A stretch of DNA of 64,000 bases from Candidatus Shapirobacteria bacterium (GCA_041661765.1 JBAZTV010000001.1:7755-71754); one strand, 5' to 3'. Counted from the stretch's first letter, positions 21,907 to 31,341 are shown. Program-made: numbers and translations. The notes: generated by a model from the sequence alone, not told the origin.

Positions 21907-23040
21907 CTAATTATACATTACCAACTCCCAAATACCCTTATCTTCTCCCTCATATCCCAACGCCCAAAATCCTACTCCTCCCAACTGATTTTGTTTCACC
22001 AAGTCAAGCTTTGCTTTCAAACTTCTCTCATTTTCAAAATATATCTGATGTATTTCCCCATCTTCTTCAAATACCACCCACGGCGTCATCGATAGTTCAT
22101 CAAAATTTGATGTAAGGGCAGACCCTTGTGTCTGCCCATCAAAAAACTCTTTCATCCGTTTCCAACTAGCCATTTGATACCAACCTCTAATCACTGGTGC
22201 TTCAAAATCTTTTGTATAAGTTTTCCATTCATATCCATAAAGCGGATAAGCCATCACTATTTTTTCTTTATTTATATTCAAAGCTAAAATTTTTTCCACC
22301 ACTTCCATAATATTTCTATCTCCTGGTTTCGATTCAATTGGTGCCACCGCTCCAGCATAATTCACCCCTGGTCGATGAAAATCATAAGCCATAATAATTA
22401 AATTATCGACTGAATTAATCAGACCATTAATTTGTTCCGCTGATCCCTTATTAATAGTGTTCACAAAAATATCTAAACTAATTTCTCCCAAATCACTTTC
22501 TTTTAACTTAGCCATAAAACCGACCATTTCTTCCGATAAAACTGCTGTCGGATTTCCTTGATATTCAAAATCCACATTAATCCCATCAAACTTTTCTGTT
22601 TGCCGAAGAGTTTTTAATTGATTAATCAAATTATTTTGGGCTTCAGTCGAAGCCATTAATCTATCAATTTTCTCATCAATAAACAGTTTAATCCCCAAAA
22701 TATTTTTGCCACCATTTTCCCAAATCAAGTCTTTTTGTTTTAAATAATTTTCATTATTTATTTTTTTCGATTGACCATCCCAAATCAAATTCCCTTTTTC
22801 ATCAACTTCTATTCCCAAAAAAATCAAATAATCAATTTCATCCGTATATTCAATTGTTTTTCCAACCATCCAAGTCGGCAAAAAACCAAATACTTTAATA
22901 GAAGCTCCCTTGTTAAGGGGAGATTTAGAGGGGTTTTGATTCTCAGACAACGGATTTAATATCTCCATTTTTCCATTCCAATAAAAATATCCAGCTAGTA
23001 TTACCAAAAATAATCCCAAACCTAAAAAAACCTTTTTCAT
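21907..23040 (-). CDS. Secreted glycoside-hydrolase family 18-like protein with an in-frame repeat insert
   Basis: N-terminal signal/TM. FDGINVDFEY matches the GH18 DxxDxDxE catalytic motif, and a TIM-barrel-like hydrophobic pattern is present. NPSKSPLNKGAS (repeat at about 22900..22940) and GQTQGSALTSNFD (hairpin at 22110..22136) are repeat-encoded inserts. Confidence 0.55.
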   Translation of the reverse strand: MKKVFLGLGLFLVILAGYFYWNGKMEILNPLSENQNPSKSPLNKGASIKVFGFLPTWMVGKTIEYTDEIDYLIFLGIEVDEKGNLIWDGQSKKINNENYLKQKDLIWENGGKNILGIKLFIDEKIDRLMASTEAQNNLINQLKTLRQTEKFDGINVDFEYQGNPTAVLSEEMVGFMAKLKESDLGEISLDIFVNTINKGSAEQINGLINSVDNLIIMAYDFHRPGVNYAGAVAPIESKPGDRNIMEVVEKILALNINKEKIVMAYPLYGYEWKTYTKDFEAPVIRGWYQMASWKRMKEFFDGQTQGSALTSNFDELSMTPWVVFEEDGEIHQIYFENERSLKAKLDLVKQNQLGGVGFWALGYEGEDKGIWELVMYN

Positions 23041-23309
23041 TTAATGAAAATCAAACCCAAATTCATAAATAATTCTTGCTTAATTGCCAAAACTACATTT
23101 TCATCAGCATTTTTTATTCGAATATTTTTTTCATCAAAAATCAACTCCGAATAACCTCTTTTAATCATTCTATCTACCATAATCTTAATTATTTCCACAT
23201 ATTCTTCATTTTTATTTTTTTCAAAATGTATCTCTACTATTTTATTCTTATCATCAAAAAATAATTCACCTATTTTTTCATCATTATCCCAAATATTTAT
23301 TTTTTTCAT
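23037..23309 (-). CDS. Small hypothetical protein (90 aa)
   Basis: ORF whose stop overlaps the downstream gene start (operon-style 4-nt overlap with the 23306..25012 gene). Confidence 0.35.
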   Translation of the reverse strand: MKKINIWDNDEKIGELFFDDKNKIVEIHFEKNKNEEYVEIIKIMVDRMIKRGYSELIFDEKNIRIKNADENVVLAIKQELFMNLGLIFIK

Positions 23310-25012
23310 AATTTAGATAAATATAAATTTCTAATTTGTTCCCTTGTAAATCCTTTCCTTTCCCAATGCATTTTACTCAACAATAAATTTAAATTTAAGC
23401 TTACTTTAAATTTGGATAAATTTTCTGAATCCATATACGTTTCAAATAATTCCTTCATATACCGAAACCTACTTTCCGACAATATCTGTAGTAAACTTGG
23501 ATCTTTAGTAAACATCATAAAACTCTCACAGAAATCTTCTCTTTTTTTAGTTGATTTCGATTTATTTCCTGCATATCCAACATACCAAGTTATTTCTGTT
23601 TCATCATCTCTCATCACATTTTCCCACTTCTTTAAGTCATCAACTCCTAAATCATTATGTACTCCATGACCAATTTCATGTGTTAAAGTATCCAAAAAAG
23701 CTCCTCTAATAAAAAATTCTTTTTTTTCATTATTATCACCATTATCCATTTCAAATGGTTCATAGATAGTAATATTTCCATAAATTAATTTTCCTTTATC
23801 ATTTAATATTGGTTTAAACTCACCAACTATTACTTTTTTAGTTTTTCCATTTGCATTATCTTCATTGTTTCCAAAATCAATATCATCTTCTGATCGCTCT
23901 CTCGATACCTCTATTTTTCCTATTTTTAAAAAAGCAGTGGGGAGAGTACCTTCCAAAAAGGCTTTCACTATACCCTCGGTAACTACTAATTTTTTACCAT
24001 CACTTGCCTCTAAACCTATTATTTTTATCTTAATTAAAGTTTTTTCCTCTCTTTTAGATTCAATAAAACATTGTTTTTCATCATCATTTTGAGGTAATAA
24101 TCCACTCTCTATTAATTTCTTTTCATCTTCTATAAACCTCTTCTCTATTGCTTTTAAAAATCTTGGATCATAGTGTGAATCATCAACCTCAGAATCAAAA
24201 TAGTAATGATGATCTAATAATTTTAAAAACAACATTGTTGGATTTTTAAAATTATTCGTCAGCCTATAAATCATATGTAAGGTATTAGTTTCAAGTAATT
24301 TTTCATTAACTCTATTCACCTTCTCTAATAAAGATTTTTTACTTATACTTTCACTTTTTTCATTTTTTCCATCAGACAAATTGTTTTTTTCTTGAAAATC
24401 TAAAAATCCATGATTATCACATCTACTTCTTATCTTTTTCAAAGACTCTTCAATTGAATATAGAGAATAAAGATCATTTTGTTCTAATTTCTCATCATCT
24501 CCCGATACTATCACTTCTCTCAATGAGAGAATATCATCAATTGATACAATATGACCAAGGAATTCATCATTTTTATTGTCTAAAAAATAATTCACTACTT
24601 TATTAAAATTAATTTGGCCCGAAAGTTCGTTTGCAAAGATTTTTATGTCCTCAACTACATAAGGTTTACACTCTTCTTTTAAAGAAAAAAACTCATTTTC
24701 TTTTTTATAAATTTCAAAACCTAAATTTACAATTTTAGTTATATTAGATTGATCTTTATATTCTTCTAAAAGTTTCTCTATCATTTCACTTTTTTCAGAT
24801 AAAGACATTTCATTATTATCTATAACAACAAAAAACGAATCATTTATTTGATCCCGATCACTTTCTGAAAGATTATCATAAAGTTCATTTCCTTCATTTC
24901 TCATTACATCTAAATGACTTTCTGTATTTTTAATATCACTTTCAACTACACTTCTAGACCTAGCCATTATCTCAACTTTAGAATAAAGTTCTCCAACACC
25001 AGTTGTTTCCAT
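23306..25012 (-). CDS. Large acidic protein with a C-terminal HExxH zincin-like metallopeptidase motif
   Basis: 568 aa, very E/D/K-rich. TLTHEIGHGVHNDLG and a downstream E (EDFCESFMMFT) are consistent with a zincin fold. No TM or signal peptide. Confidence 0.45.
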   Translation of the reverse strand: METTGVGELYSKVEIMARSRSVVESDIKNTESHLDVMRNEGNELYDNLSESDRDQINDSFFVVIDNNEMSLSEKSEMIEKLLEEYKDQSNITKIVNLGFEIYKKENEFFSLKEECKPYVVEDIKIFANELSGQINFNKVVNYFLDNKNDEFLGHIVSIDDILSLREVIVSGDDEKLEQNDLYSLYSIEESLKKIRSRCDNHGFLDFQEKNNLSDGKNEKSESISKKSLLEKVNRVNEKLLETNTLHMIYRLTNNFKNPTMLFLKLLDHHYYFDSEVDDSHYDPRFLKAIEKRFIEDEKKLIESGLLPQNDDEKQCFIESKREEKTLIKIKIIGLEASDGKKLVVTEGIVKAFLEGTLPTAFLKIGKIEVSRERSEDDIDFGNNEDNANGKTKKVIVGEFKPILNDKGKLIYGNITIYEPFEMDNGDNNEKKEFFIRGAFLDTLTHEIGHGVHNDLGVDDLKKWENVMRDDETEITWYVGYAGNKSKSTKKREDFCESFMMFTKDPSLLQILSESRFRYMKELFETYMDSENLSKFKVSLNLNLLLSKMHWERKGFTREQIRNLYLSKL

Positions 25013-25058
25013 TAAACTAGATTAAAGAAATTCATTTCAATAGTCAAATAAATCCAAT

Positions 25059-25466
25059 TTAATTCCTTATTTTTGTATATCTACTTTTTCCAAAAGCCAA
25101 AATTGGATAAAAAATCATCGGCAAAAATATCAATCCTAAAACAAATCCCATTGATTTTTTAAATGACTTAACCAAATTAAGCAGAACCACCAATCCAATA
25201 ATTATGTTAACTAAGGGAATAAACATTAAAAATATATACCAAATTGGCATCCCCACAATTTCCAATAAAACCACCATGTTATAAACTGGAACCAATGCCG
25301 CCCAGCCAGGTTTCCCGGCTTTCACAAAAATCTTCCAGGCCGATGCCAACATCAATATTAAAAATAAAAAACAAATAAAATTACCAAACATTCCCATTCC
25401 CCCAATTCCTGCCGCATAACCATAACCAGCATGATAACCAGAAGTATTATAAATGTAATTATTCAT
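25059..25466 (-). CDS. Small integral membrane protein (135 aa, 3-4 TM)
   Basis: Gly/Tyr-rich N-terminus followed by hydrophobic helices. Confidence 0.4.
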   Translation of the reverse strand: MNNYIYNTSGYHAGYGYAAGIGGMGMFGNFICFLFLILMLASAWKIFVKAGKPGWAALVPVYNMVVLLEIVGMPIWYIFLMFIPLVNIIIGLVVLLNLVKSFKKSMGFVLGLIFLPMIFYPILAFGKSRYTKIRN

Positions 25467-25545
25467 ACATTAATATTAATACACCATTTCCAAAAGTCAA
25501 ACGCTTTATCTACGATCTATCATCAACAATCCAAGATCTAATTTG

Positions 25546-25619
25546 TGGGTGATGGGGGACTCGAACCTCCGACCCCTGTCTTATCAGGACAGTGCTCTAA
25601 CCAACTGAGCTAATCACCC
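25546..25619 (-). tRNA. tRNA-Ile (anticodon GAT); CCA not encoded
   Basis: Acceptor GGGTGAT/ATCACCC, D-arm GCTCAGTTGGTTAGAGC, anticodon stem-loop CTGTC-CTGATAA-GACAG, T-loop TTCGAGT. One A:C mismatch in the T-stem. Confidence 0.75.
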
Positions 25620-25686
25620 GTACGTAAAAGTAAACCTATTGTAGCAATAAGTTTACTAAATTTAAATACCAAAACATCAATATCAG

Positions 25687-25742
25687 CCGCCCTGTCAAGG
25701 GAGGTGGCGATCCCGCAGCAGCGGGAAGAGACGGAGGGTTTT
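25687..25742. repeat. Family-1 repeat: CCCTGTCAAGGGAGG + TGGCGATCCCGCAGCAGCGGGAAGAGAC + GGAGGGTTTT
   Basis: Direct reading. More than 90% identical to the copy at 46341..46395. Confidence 0.8.
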
Positions 25743-25755
25743 AAAACAGAGAGGT

Positions 25756-26700
25756 TTAACAATGTTTCAAAAACATCTCCACTATTAATTTTGCCACATT
25801 AATTCCAGTCGACTTTTCAAATCCCTGAAATTGACATTGTCGATTCACTTCCAACACAAAACTATTTCCTTCATCATCTTTCATGATATCTACTCCACAA
25901 TAATCCAATCCACAAACATTAGCCACTTTTTCGGCAATTTCTCTATCTTTCTGAGACAAATCCCAACCTTCAACCTTTCCCCCTAAACTAAAATTACTTC
26001 TAAATTCATCTCCCACCGCCGATCTTTTCATGGCTCCAATTGCTTTTCCATCCAACACAATAATTCTCAAATCCCATCTGGTTGGTAAACATTTTTGCCA
26101 CAAAAACATCCCTACATTTTTTTCATTAATTCTTCTGACAAATTTTCTTAGTTCTTTAAAGTTTTCAAATTTTCTTACCGATTTACCTTGAAACCCTCTT
26201 TCATGTTTAGCAATTATCGGCCAACCAAAACTTTCCCCAATTTTGCTCTCTAAAACTTGTTCCTTCGTATAGAATATTTTTGTCGGAATTACTGACACCT
26301 CATTTTCTAAAAACACCCCATGTTGAGCAATTTTCCCCATTCTTGTCCAATGTAAATATCCTTCTTTATTAGCACAAAATATTGATTTTTCTGTAAGAGC
26401 AGACCCTTGTGTCTGCCCACTCAATAATCTTATTGCTAAATTTCTCGCCTCAGTATATTTTCCCGATCTAGTACCCGCCACCCTAAACCACATTCCCAAA
26501 GTATTTTTCCCATTAATTTCTTCTCCTTTAATAAAAACTTTCGCCTTTCCATTCTCTACATTAAAAGTCAAATCCTTATACAAAGCTCTATTCACTTCCA
26601 CTCCCAATTTCTTTGCCTCAGATTCCAATCTATCCACCTCAAATTGGCTTTGTCTTAACGACATTGTAAATGTAACGATTTTTTTATTCATAATTTTCAC
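25756..26700 (-). CDS. RimK-like ATP-grasp ligase (paralogue 1) with an in-frame GQTQGSA hairpin insert
   Basis: ATP-grasp motifs: the C-terminal LDYCGVDIMKDDEGNSFVLEVNRQCQFQGFEKSTGINVAKLIV is RimK/LysX-like. The insert is encoded by the hairpin at 26392..26418. Confidence 0.7.
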   Translation of the reverse strand: MKIMNKKIVTFTMSLRQSQFEVDRLESEAKKLGVEVNRALYKDLTFNVENGKAKVFIKGEEINGKNTLGMWFRVAGTRSGKYTEARNLAIRLLSGQTQGSALTEKSIFCANKEGYLHWTRMGKIAQHGVFLENEVSVIPTKIFYTKEQVLESKIGESFGWPIIAKHERGFQGKSVRKFENFKELRKFVRRINEKNVGMFLWQKCLPTRWDLRIIVLDGKAIGAMKRSAVGDEFRSNFSLGGKVEGWDLSQKDREIAEKVANVCGLDYCGVDIMKDDEGNSFVLEVNRQCQFQGFEKSTGINVAKLIVEMFLKHC

Positions 26701-26735
26701 TATTAATTAATAAGTCCCTCTTGTCAAAGAGGGAT

Positions 26736-27818
26736 TTAGGGAGATTTCAATGATACTAAAAATTTAACCATTTCCATTGGCACATCAATTCCAGTTGCCT
26801 CCATAAATCCCTTAAATTGTGGTCCTTTATTCACTTCCCAAATTATCGGCTGGCTCAAGTCATTATTTCTAAAAGCCACATCTACTCCTGCCACTGCCAA
26901 TCCACAAACCTTAGCTGCCTTAACTGCCAATTGTTTAATTTCTTCCGACAATTCAGCCAATTCAACCTTTCCTCCAGCTGAATAATTATTTTTAAATTCA
27001 TCTTTATTTTGACTGCTTCTTTTCATCACTCCCAACACTTTTTCTCCCAACACCAACACTCGAAAATCCCCATCATTAGGGATAAACTCTTGCAGCATAT
27101 ATCTTCTTCCCTCATCAATTTCACTTTTTCTCAAATCTCTTACCAATTTTTCTAATTGTTCCAAATTATCCGTCTTAAACACTCTCGTCCCCCTGTCTCC
27201 ACCCGAACCCTTAATAATTACTGGAAATTTCCAAATATAATCAGTCGAGCCAGAAATATTTTTTTGGAGCGCAACATCCGAGGTGCAATGCCGAAGGGCG
27301 TGAGCACCAACAAAAATGTTTTGGCGATCAGACTGATTATTCATAAATTCATACAAATACCACAAACTTCCATAAACTGTTTTCGGTACCTCTATTCCCG
27401 CTTCTTTCAAAGCCAACATTTGCCAAGCCTTACACGCCATACTTGGTTTTCCACTTTCCACTAATGGATCAACGATGATTGGTTTTTTTAAGTCTCCCTT
27501 TAAGTCAAAGGGAGATTTAGAGGGATTTTTTATCTGATTAATAATCAAATCAACTTCTTCCCAATGTTTTCCCGTCGTTCTAAAAAACAACACATCGTAA
27601 TCGTCTACTTTTTTATAATCATCAAATTGGTTTATTCTACTTTCCCCACTTAAATTTGGTCTAATTAAAATTTCTTTTTTTTCCGTATCAAAACAAACTT
27701 TGTTGTATGACACCAAATCCAAACTAACCCCCAATTTTTTAGCCGCCTTTTTAACCAACACCAAATGTTGACTTATCTTCCCTCCAAAAAACACTGCTAT
27801 TTTTGTTTGTTTGTTCAT
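26736..27818 (-). CDS. RimK-like ATP-grasp ligase (paralogue 2) with two in-frame repeat inserts
   Basis: KGSGGDRGTRVFK and LAVAGVDVAFRNND...IWEVNKGPQFKGFMEATGIDV are RimK-like. The inserts are KNPSKSPFDLKGDLKK (about 27485..27535) and HALRHCTSDVALQ (GC-rich element at 27267..27309). Confidence 0.7.
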   Translation of the reverse strand: MNKQTKIAVFFGGKISQHLVLVKKAAKKLGVSLDLVSYNKVCFDTEKKEILIRPNLSGESRINQFDDYKKVDDYDVLFFRTTGKHWEEVDLIINQIKNPSKSPFDLKGDLKKPIIVDPLVESGKPSMACKAWQMLALKEAGIEVPKTVYGSLWYLYEFMNNQSDRQNIFVGAHALRHCTSDVALQKNISGSTDYIWKFPVIIKGSGGDRGTRVFKTDNLEQLEKLVRDLRKSEIDEGRRYMLQEFIPNDGDFRVLVLGEKVLGVMKRSSQNKDEFKNNYSAGGKVELAELSEEIKQLAVKAAKVCGLAVAGVDVAFRNNDLSQPIIWEVNKGPQFKGFMEATGIDVPMEMVKFLVSLKSP

Positions 27819-27895
27819 TTTATGTTTAATATTTAATTATTTTTTATTTTAAGCCTCCCTGTCAAGAGAGGATGCCCGAAGGACAGGTGGGTTTT

Positions 27896-29260
27896 TTATT
27901 TTTTCGCACTAACTAAAAAATCCCCTAAATCCTTTCTCCCCAATAAAAATTTCGTTCTCAATTTTCCTCTATCTGCCACATTCACTGCTGTTATTACTTT
28001 TTTACCATTCAACCAAAAAGTAATTCCTATCACTGGTCGATCTATATGTTTTCCCAAACTTGATCGATAATTTCGATAATATAAAATTCTTTCTTTAGCT
28101 AATAATCCTAATTTTTCAGCCAAATCCCTATCGATTGAACTCCTAAACGCCCCAGTATCCACCTTAGCTCTTACATTTACCACTCGATGTTTTCCTTGCT
28201 TAATAATCGGGCTTTTTTGTAAAATTGGTTTAAATCCTTTTATGATTTTAACCTTAATTATTTCAATTGGTTCCACTGTTTTTCTTTTTTCCTTTTCTTC
28301 AACTTTCTCAAAAAAACTTTCTCCAAATAAATATTTAACCAAAGTAATTGCATGTTCCACACTTCTCACCGTAATTTCATCTACTTTTTCCATTCTCAAT
28401 TTTAATCCTGCCTTATTACAAATCTGAATCGAAAGTCCTGGTCTAGCATTCACTTCTAATACCATTGGTCCCTTTTCTTTATCTAAGACTACATCTACAC
28501 CCATAAATCCTAAAGCCGGAATTGCTCTTTGACAATTAATTGCCGTCTCTAAAATTTCTTTCCAAAACGGAATTTTAATTCCATTTACTTTTCTGTTTTT
28601 CTTTTTTCCATAATCATAAATTCGATAAATTTGTTCCCCTTTTCCTTCAACCCCAAAAGTTGTAATTCCTGTTGCCAAATCTACCCCTAAACCTATCGCT
28701 CCTTGTTGTAAATTTGCCTTACCTCCCGACGCTTCTGTCGGAATTCTAAACATCGCCATCACTGGCACATTATTATAAACAATCACTCTAATGTCTGGTG
28801 TTCCCGATTTAGTCAAAGCCAAAAACAATGGATGAATTTTAATTCTTTCTTCCACAAGTACCTTATCAGGCATCGCATGTAAACTATATTTCCCCGCCAA
28901 AATTTCTTGACAATGCAAACTTAAATCGCTACTACTAACAATTTCTCCATTCATTTTTTGCCACTCACCCGCCCATTTTCCTCTTTTTCGAATAATTAAA
29001 ATTCCCTCCCCGCCATATCCTGATTCTGGTTTAATCACAAAGTTTCCTTCCAAATCTTCCCATCGAAATTTTGCCAAGTCTTGGTCATTCTTAAATCTAG
29101 TAATCAACTTTGGCACCGACACCCCCGCTTTAGAAATTATTTTTTTAGTTTTAAATTTACTATCAGCAATCGCTCTACCACTAGCACTATTTTTCCTCAA
29201 ATAAATTTTATTTCTCTCATTCTTAGTCAGAAATTGCCGATATTTTCTTAAATTAAACAT
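27896..29260 (-). CDS. Fusion protein: alpha-L-glutamate-ligase-related ATP-grasp domain plus a C-terminal retropepsin-like domain (the RimK-associated putative ATP-dependent zinc protease family)
   Basis: N-terminal ...FVIKPESGYGGEGILII...GFMGVDVVLDKEKGPMVLEVNARPGLSIQ is ATP-grasp. The C-terminal VVNVRAKVDTGAFRSSID...ITFWLNGKKV carries a retropepsin-type DTGA motif. Confidence 0.7.
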   Translation of the reverse strand: MFNLRKYRQFLTKNERNKIYLRKNSASGRAIADSKFKTKKIISKAGVSVPKLITRFKNDQDLAKFRWEDLEGNFVIKPESGYGGEGILIIRKRGKWAGEWQKMNGEIVSSSDLSLHCQEILAGKYSLHAMPDKVLVEERIKIHPLFLALTKSGTPDIRVIVYNNVPVMAMFRIPTEASGGKANLQQGAIGLGVDLATGITTFGVEGKGEQIYRIYDYGKKKNRKVNGIKIPFWKEILETAINCQRAIPALGFMGVDVVLDKEKGPMVLEVNARPGLSIQICNKAGLKLRMEKVDEITVRSVEHAITLVKYLFGESFFEKVEEKEKRKTVEPIEIIKVKIIKGFKPILQKSPIIKQGKHRVVNVRAKVDTGAFRSSIDRDLAEKLGLLAKERILYYRNYRSSLGKHIDRPVIGITFWLNGKKVITAVNVADRGKLRTKFLLGRKDLGDFLVSAKK

Positions 29261-29311
29261 AATTTATTTATTTTGTTAAGTCTCCCCTGTCAAGGGGAGA
29301 TTTAGAGGGGT

Positions 29312-30178
29312 TTAAATCTTCTTAGTTCGTATCGCCCCTTTAAACCTATTAATTTCTGTCAATCTTATTCCTGAATAATTCCCAATCAATAAATTTGAAA
29401 CTAATACTACCAATATAATCAACTCCGGATATTTCAAAACCAAATTTTGAATTGAACCAAAACTCATAAATATCGATCCACTCATAGCCAAAACAATTGT
29501 TCCCGCCATTAATTTTTTAGCTTCCTTTTTACTTTTAACCAATTGAGTTCTTACAAACTCTTCAGTTAAAAGTATCATAAATAAAATTGGAAAAATTGAA
29601 ATCTCACTAATATCAATAACGTTAACAAAACTCGTCAATAACATTAATGCAAATACTGCTACTGAAATAAACATCAAATTAATTGCTCTTGCTGGCCAAA
29701 AATGAATCTTCAATTTTTTCAAAACCATATTACCCAAAAGAGAAATTCCCAAAATTAATGCAAACAACAACAATCCTCCAAAAAATCCCGTTGACAGAAA
29801 AGCCACCGCAATCATTGTCGGCATAAAGATTCCATAACCCGACAAGCCCACCACATAATGCAAAAAAGATACCAAAGTTGCTATTAATGGTAATAACAAT
29901 AACAAAACTATTGTATTAGTTGATACACCTCTATCAATTGCCGTCTTTATCATCCATCTAAAACTATTAAACCCATTCCATTTACCCACTTCATAACTAA
30001 TTTTATTACTTTTTGCTTCAGTAATATTAATCGTCGGCACCACTGTCGGCATTAAAGTTGCCGTTGGAGTTGCAGTTACCGTTGGTGTAATTATTGTCTT
30101 AGCTAAAATTGGTTTAAATCCAAAAGCTAAAAAACAAACAGCAAATACTATTAATAGTGGGGCAACTATTTTTTTCAT
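29312..30178 (-). CDS. Seven-TM membrane protein with an N-terminal signal peptide and a Thr/Pro-rich linker; probable partner of the ATP-grasp/protease genes
   Basis: 288 aa with seven hydrophobic helices after a TPTVTATPTATLMPTVVPT linker. It is co-oriented and tightly spaced (51 bp) with the upstream ligase-protease gene. Confidence 0.55.
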   Translation of the reverse strand: MKKIVAPLLIVFAVCFLAFGFKPILAKTIITPTVTATPTATLMPTVVPTINITEAKSNKISYEVGKWNGFNSFRWMIKTAIDRGVSTNTIVLLLLLPLIATLVSFLHYVVGLSGYGIFMPTMIAVAFLSTGFFGGLLLFALILGISLLGNMVLKKLKIHFWPARAINLMFISVAVFALMLLTSFVNVIDISEISIFPILFMILLTEEFVRTQLVKSKKEAKKLMAGTIVLAMSGSIFMSFGSIQNLVLKYPELIILVVLVSNLLIGNYSGIRLTEINRFKGAIRTKKI

Positions 30179-30335
30179 ATGTTTATTTTACTTTATATCT
30201 AGTTCTAAATCTGAGACCTGAAATTTGACATCTAAGATCTCTAATGTTGCGTATTATAACACCGATTTTTCAAAAAAAACCACCAAAGACTTCTCCCTTT
30301 GTTAAGGGGAGATGTCCGCAGGACAGAGAGGTTTT

Positions 30336-30349
30336 TTTATAGTATAATT
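30336..30349 (+). promoter_or_regulatory. Candidate -10 element TTTATAGTATAATT, 10 nt upstream of the ATG of pilin paralogue 1 (an identical 14-mer lies at 32226..32239 before paralogue 6); possible leaderless or short-leader promoter
   Basis: Identical 14-mer with a TATAAT core in both places, each sitting directly after a family-1 repeat tail (GGTTTTT). Confidence 0.35.
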
Positions 30350-30358
30350 CAAACAAAT

Positions 30359-30691
30359 ATGAACTCCGTTTTAGCCTTTAATCTTAGTGACATCCAACTT
30401 GGACAAACTTCTAACACTCTTGGCGGCAGTTACTCCACTACCAGTTCTCTTATTTCTATTATTCTCAAAACTTCCATTACTATTGCCAGTATTATTTTTC
30501 TTGGCCTTTTGATTTTTGGTGGAATTACCTTTATAATGAACGCAGGCAGTGGTGATTCCAAAAAAGCCGATCAAGGCAAAACAGCCATCACCAACGCTGT
30601 AATTGGATTCGCTATTGTGCTTTTAGCCTATACCATAATCCAAATTATCGAAGTTATTACTGGACTAAACATTTTAAATCCAAATTTATAA
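30359..30691 (+). CDS. VirB2/TrbC-like two-helix pilin candidate, paralogue 1 (the ORF-track start at 30299 reads through a repeat; ATG at 30359 preferred)
   Basis: Hydrophobic helix, loop AGSGDSKKADQGK, hydrophobic helix. Same architecture and loop motif as the five downstream paralogues. Confidence 0.55.
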   Translation: MNSVLAFNLSDIQLGQTSNTLGGSYSTTSSLISIILKTSITIASIIFLGLLIFGGITFIMNAGSGDSKKADQGKTAITNAVIGFAIVLLAYTIIQIIEVITGLNILNPNL

Positions 30692-30693
30692 TT

Positions 30694-30999
30694 ATGGCAT
30701 CAATTTTTGGAAACATTTCCAACCCCACTTCTTTTGCTAACGGTCCTCAAGGTTTCTTTGATTTTTTAAGCGCTATTTTTAAAGTTGCCGGCACAGTTGC
30801 TGGTATTTTCTTTATTATTAAAATAATTATGGCTGGTTTTAGTTACCTCAACGCTGGTGGAGATGAAAAGAAAATCTCCCAAGCTTGGGCTACCATTTGG
30901 CAAAGTATAGTTGGTTTCGTTATTGTTGCCTCTGCTTTTGTCATCGCCAGTGTCATCGGCAACTTAACTGGAATTAATATTCTTAACCCTACTCTATGA
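30694..30999 (+). CDS. VirB2/TrbC-like pilin candidate, paralogue 2
   Basis: TM helix, loop AGGDEKK, TM helix. 2-nt spacing from the previous gene. Confidence 0.55.
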   Translation: MASIFGNISNPTSFANGPQGFFDFLSAIFKVAGTVAGIFFIIKIIMAGFSYLNAGGDEKKISQAWATIWQSIVGFVIVASAFVIASVIGNLTGINILNPTL

Positions 31000-31340
31000 A
31001 CCATTTAACCAATAATCTTTTAGCCTACACTCTCACTGGTCCAGGTATTAAACCTGGATCCAATTCTGTTTCCACCTTAGAAAAAATTATTAGTTCTGTC
31101 ATTGGCATTTTAACCCTTGTTGGTGTTATTTACTTCACCATTCAAATAATTTTAGCCGGATATAAATTAATTGCTTCCCAAGGAGATCCAAAAGAATTCG
31201 AATCTGGTAAAAAAAGATTAACCACAAATATTATCGGTTTAGCTGTTATTGTTCTCGCCTACGGGCTCGGTGCCCTAATCGCCAGCTTACTCGGAATGAG
31301 CAGTATTTTTGATTTATCAACCGTTTTTAAACCAATTTAA
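30996..31340 (+). CDS. VirB2/TrbC-like pilin candidate, paralogue 3
   Basis: TM helix, loop SQGDPKE, TM helix. 4-nt overlap with the previous gene. Confidence 0.55.
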   Translation: MNHLTNNLLAYTLTGPGIKPGSNSVSTLEKIISSVIGILTLVGVIYFTIQIILAGYKLIASQGDPKEFESGKKRLTTNIIGLAVIVLAYGLGALIASLLGMSSIFDLSTVFKPI

Positions 31341-31341
31341 T

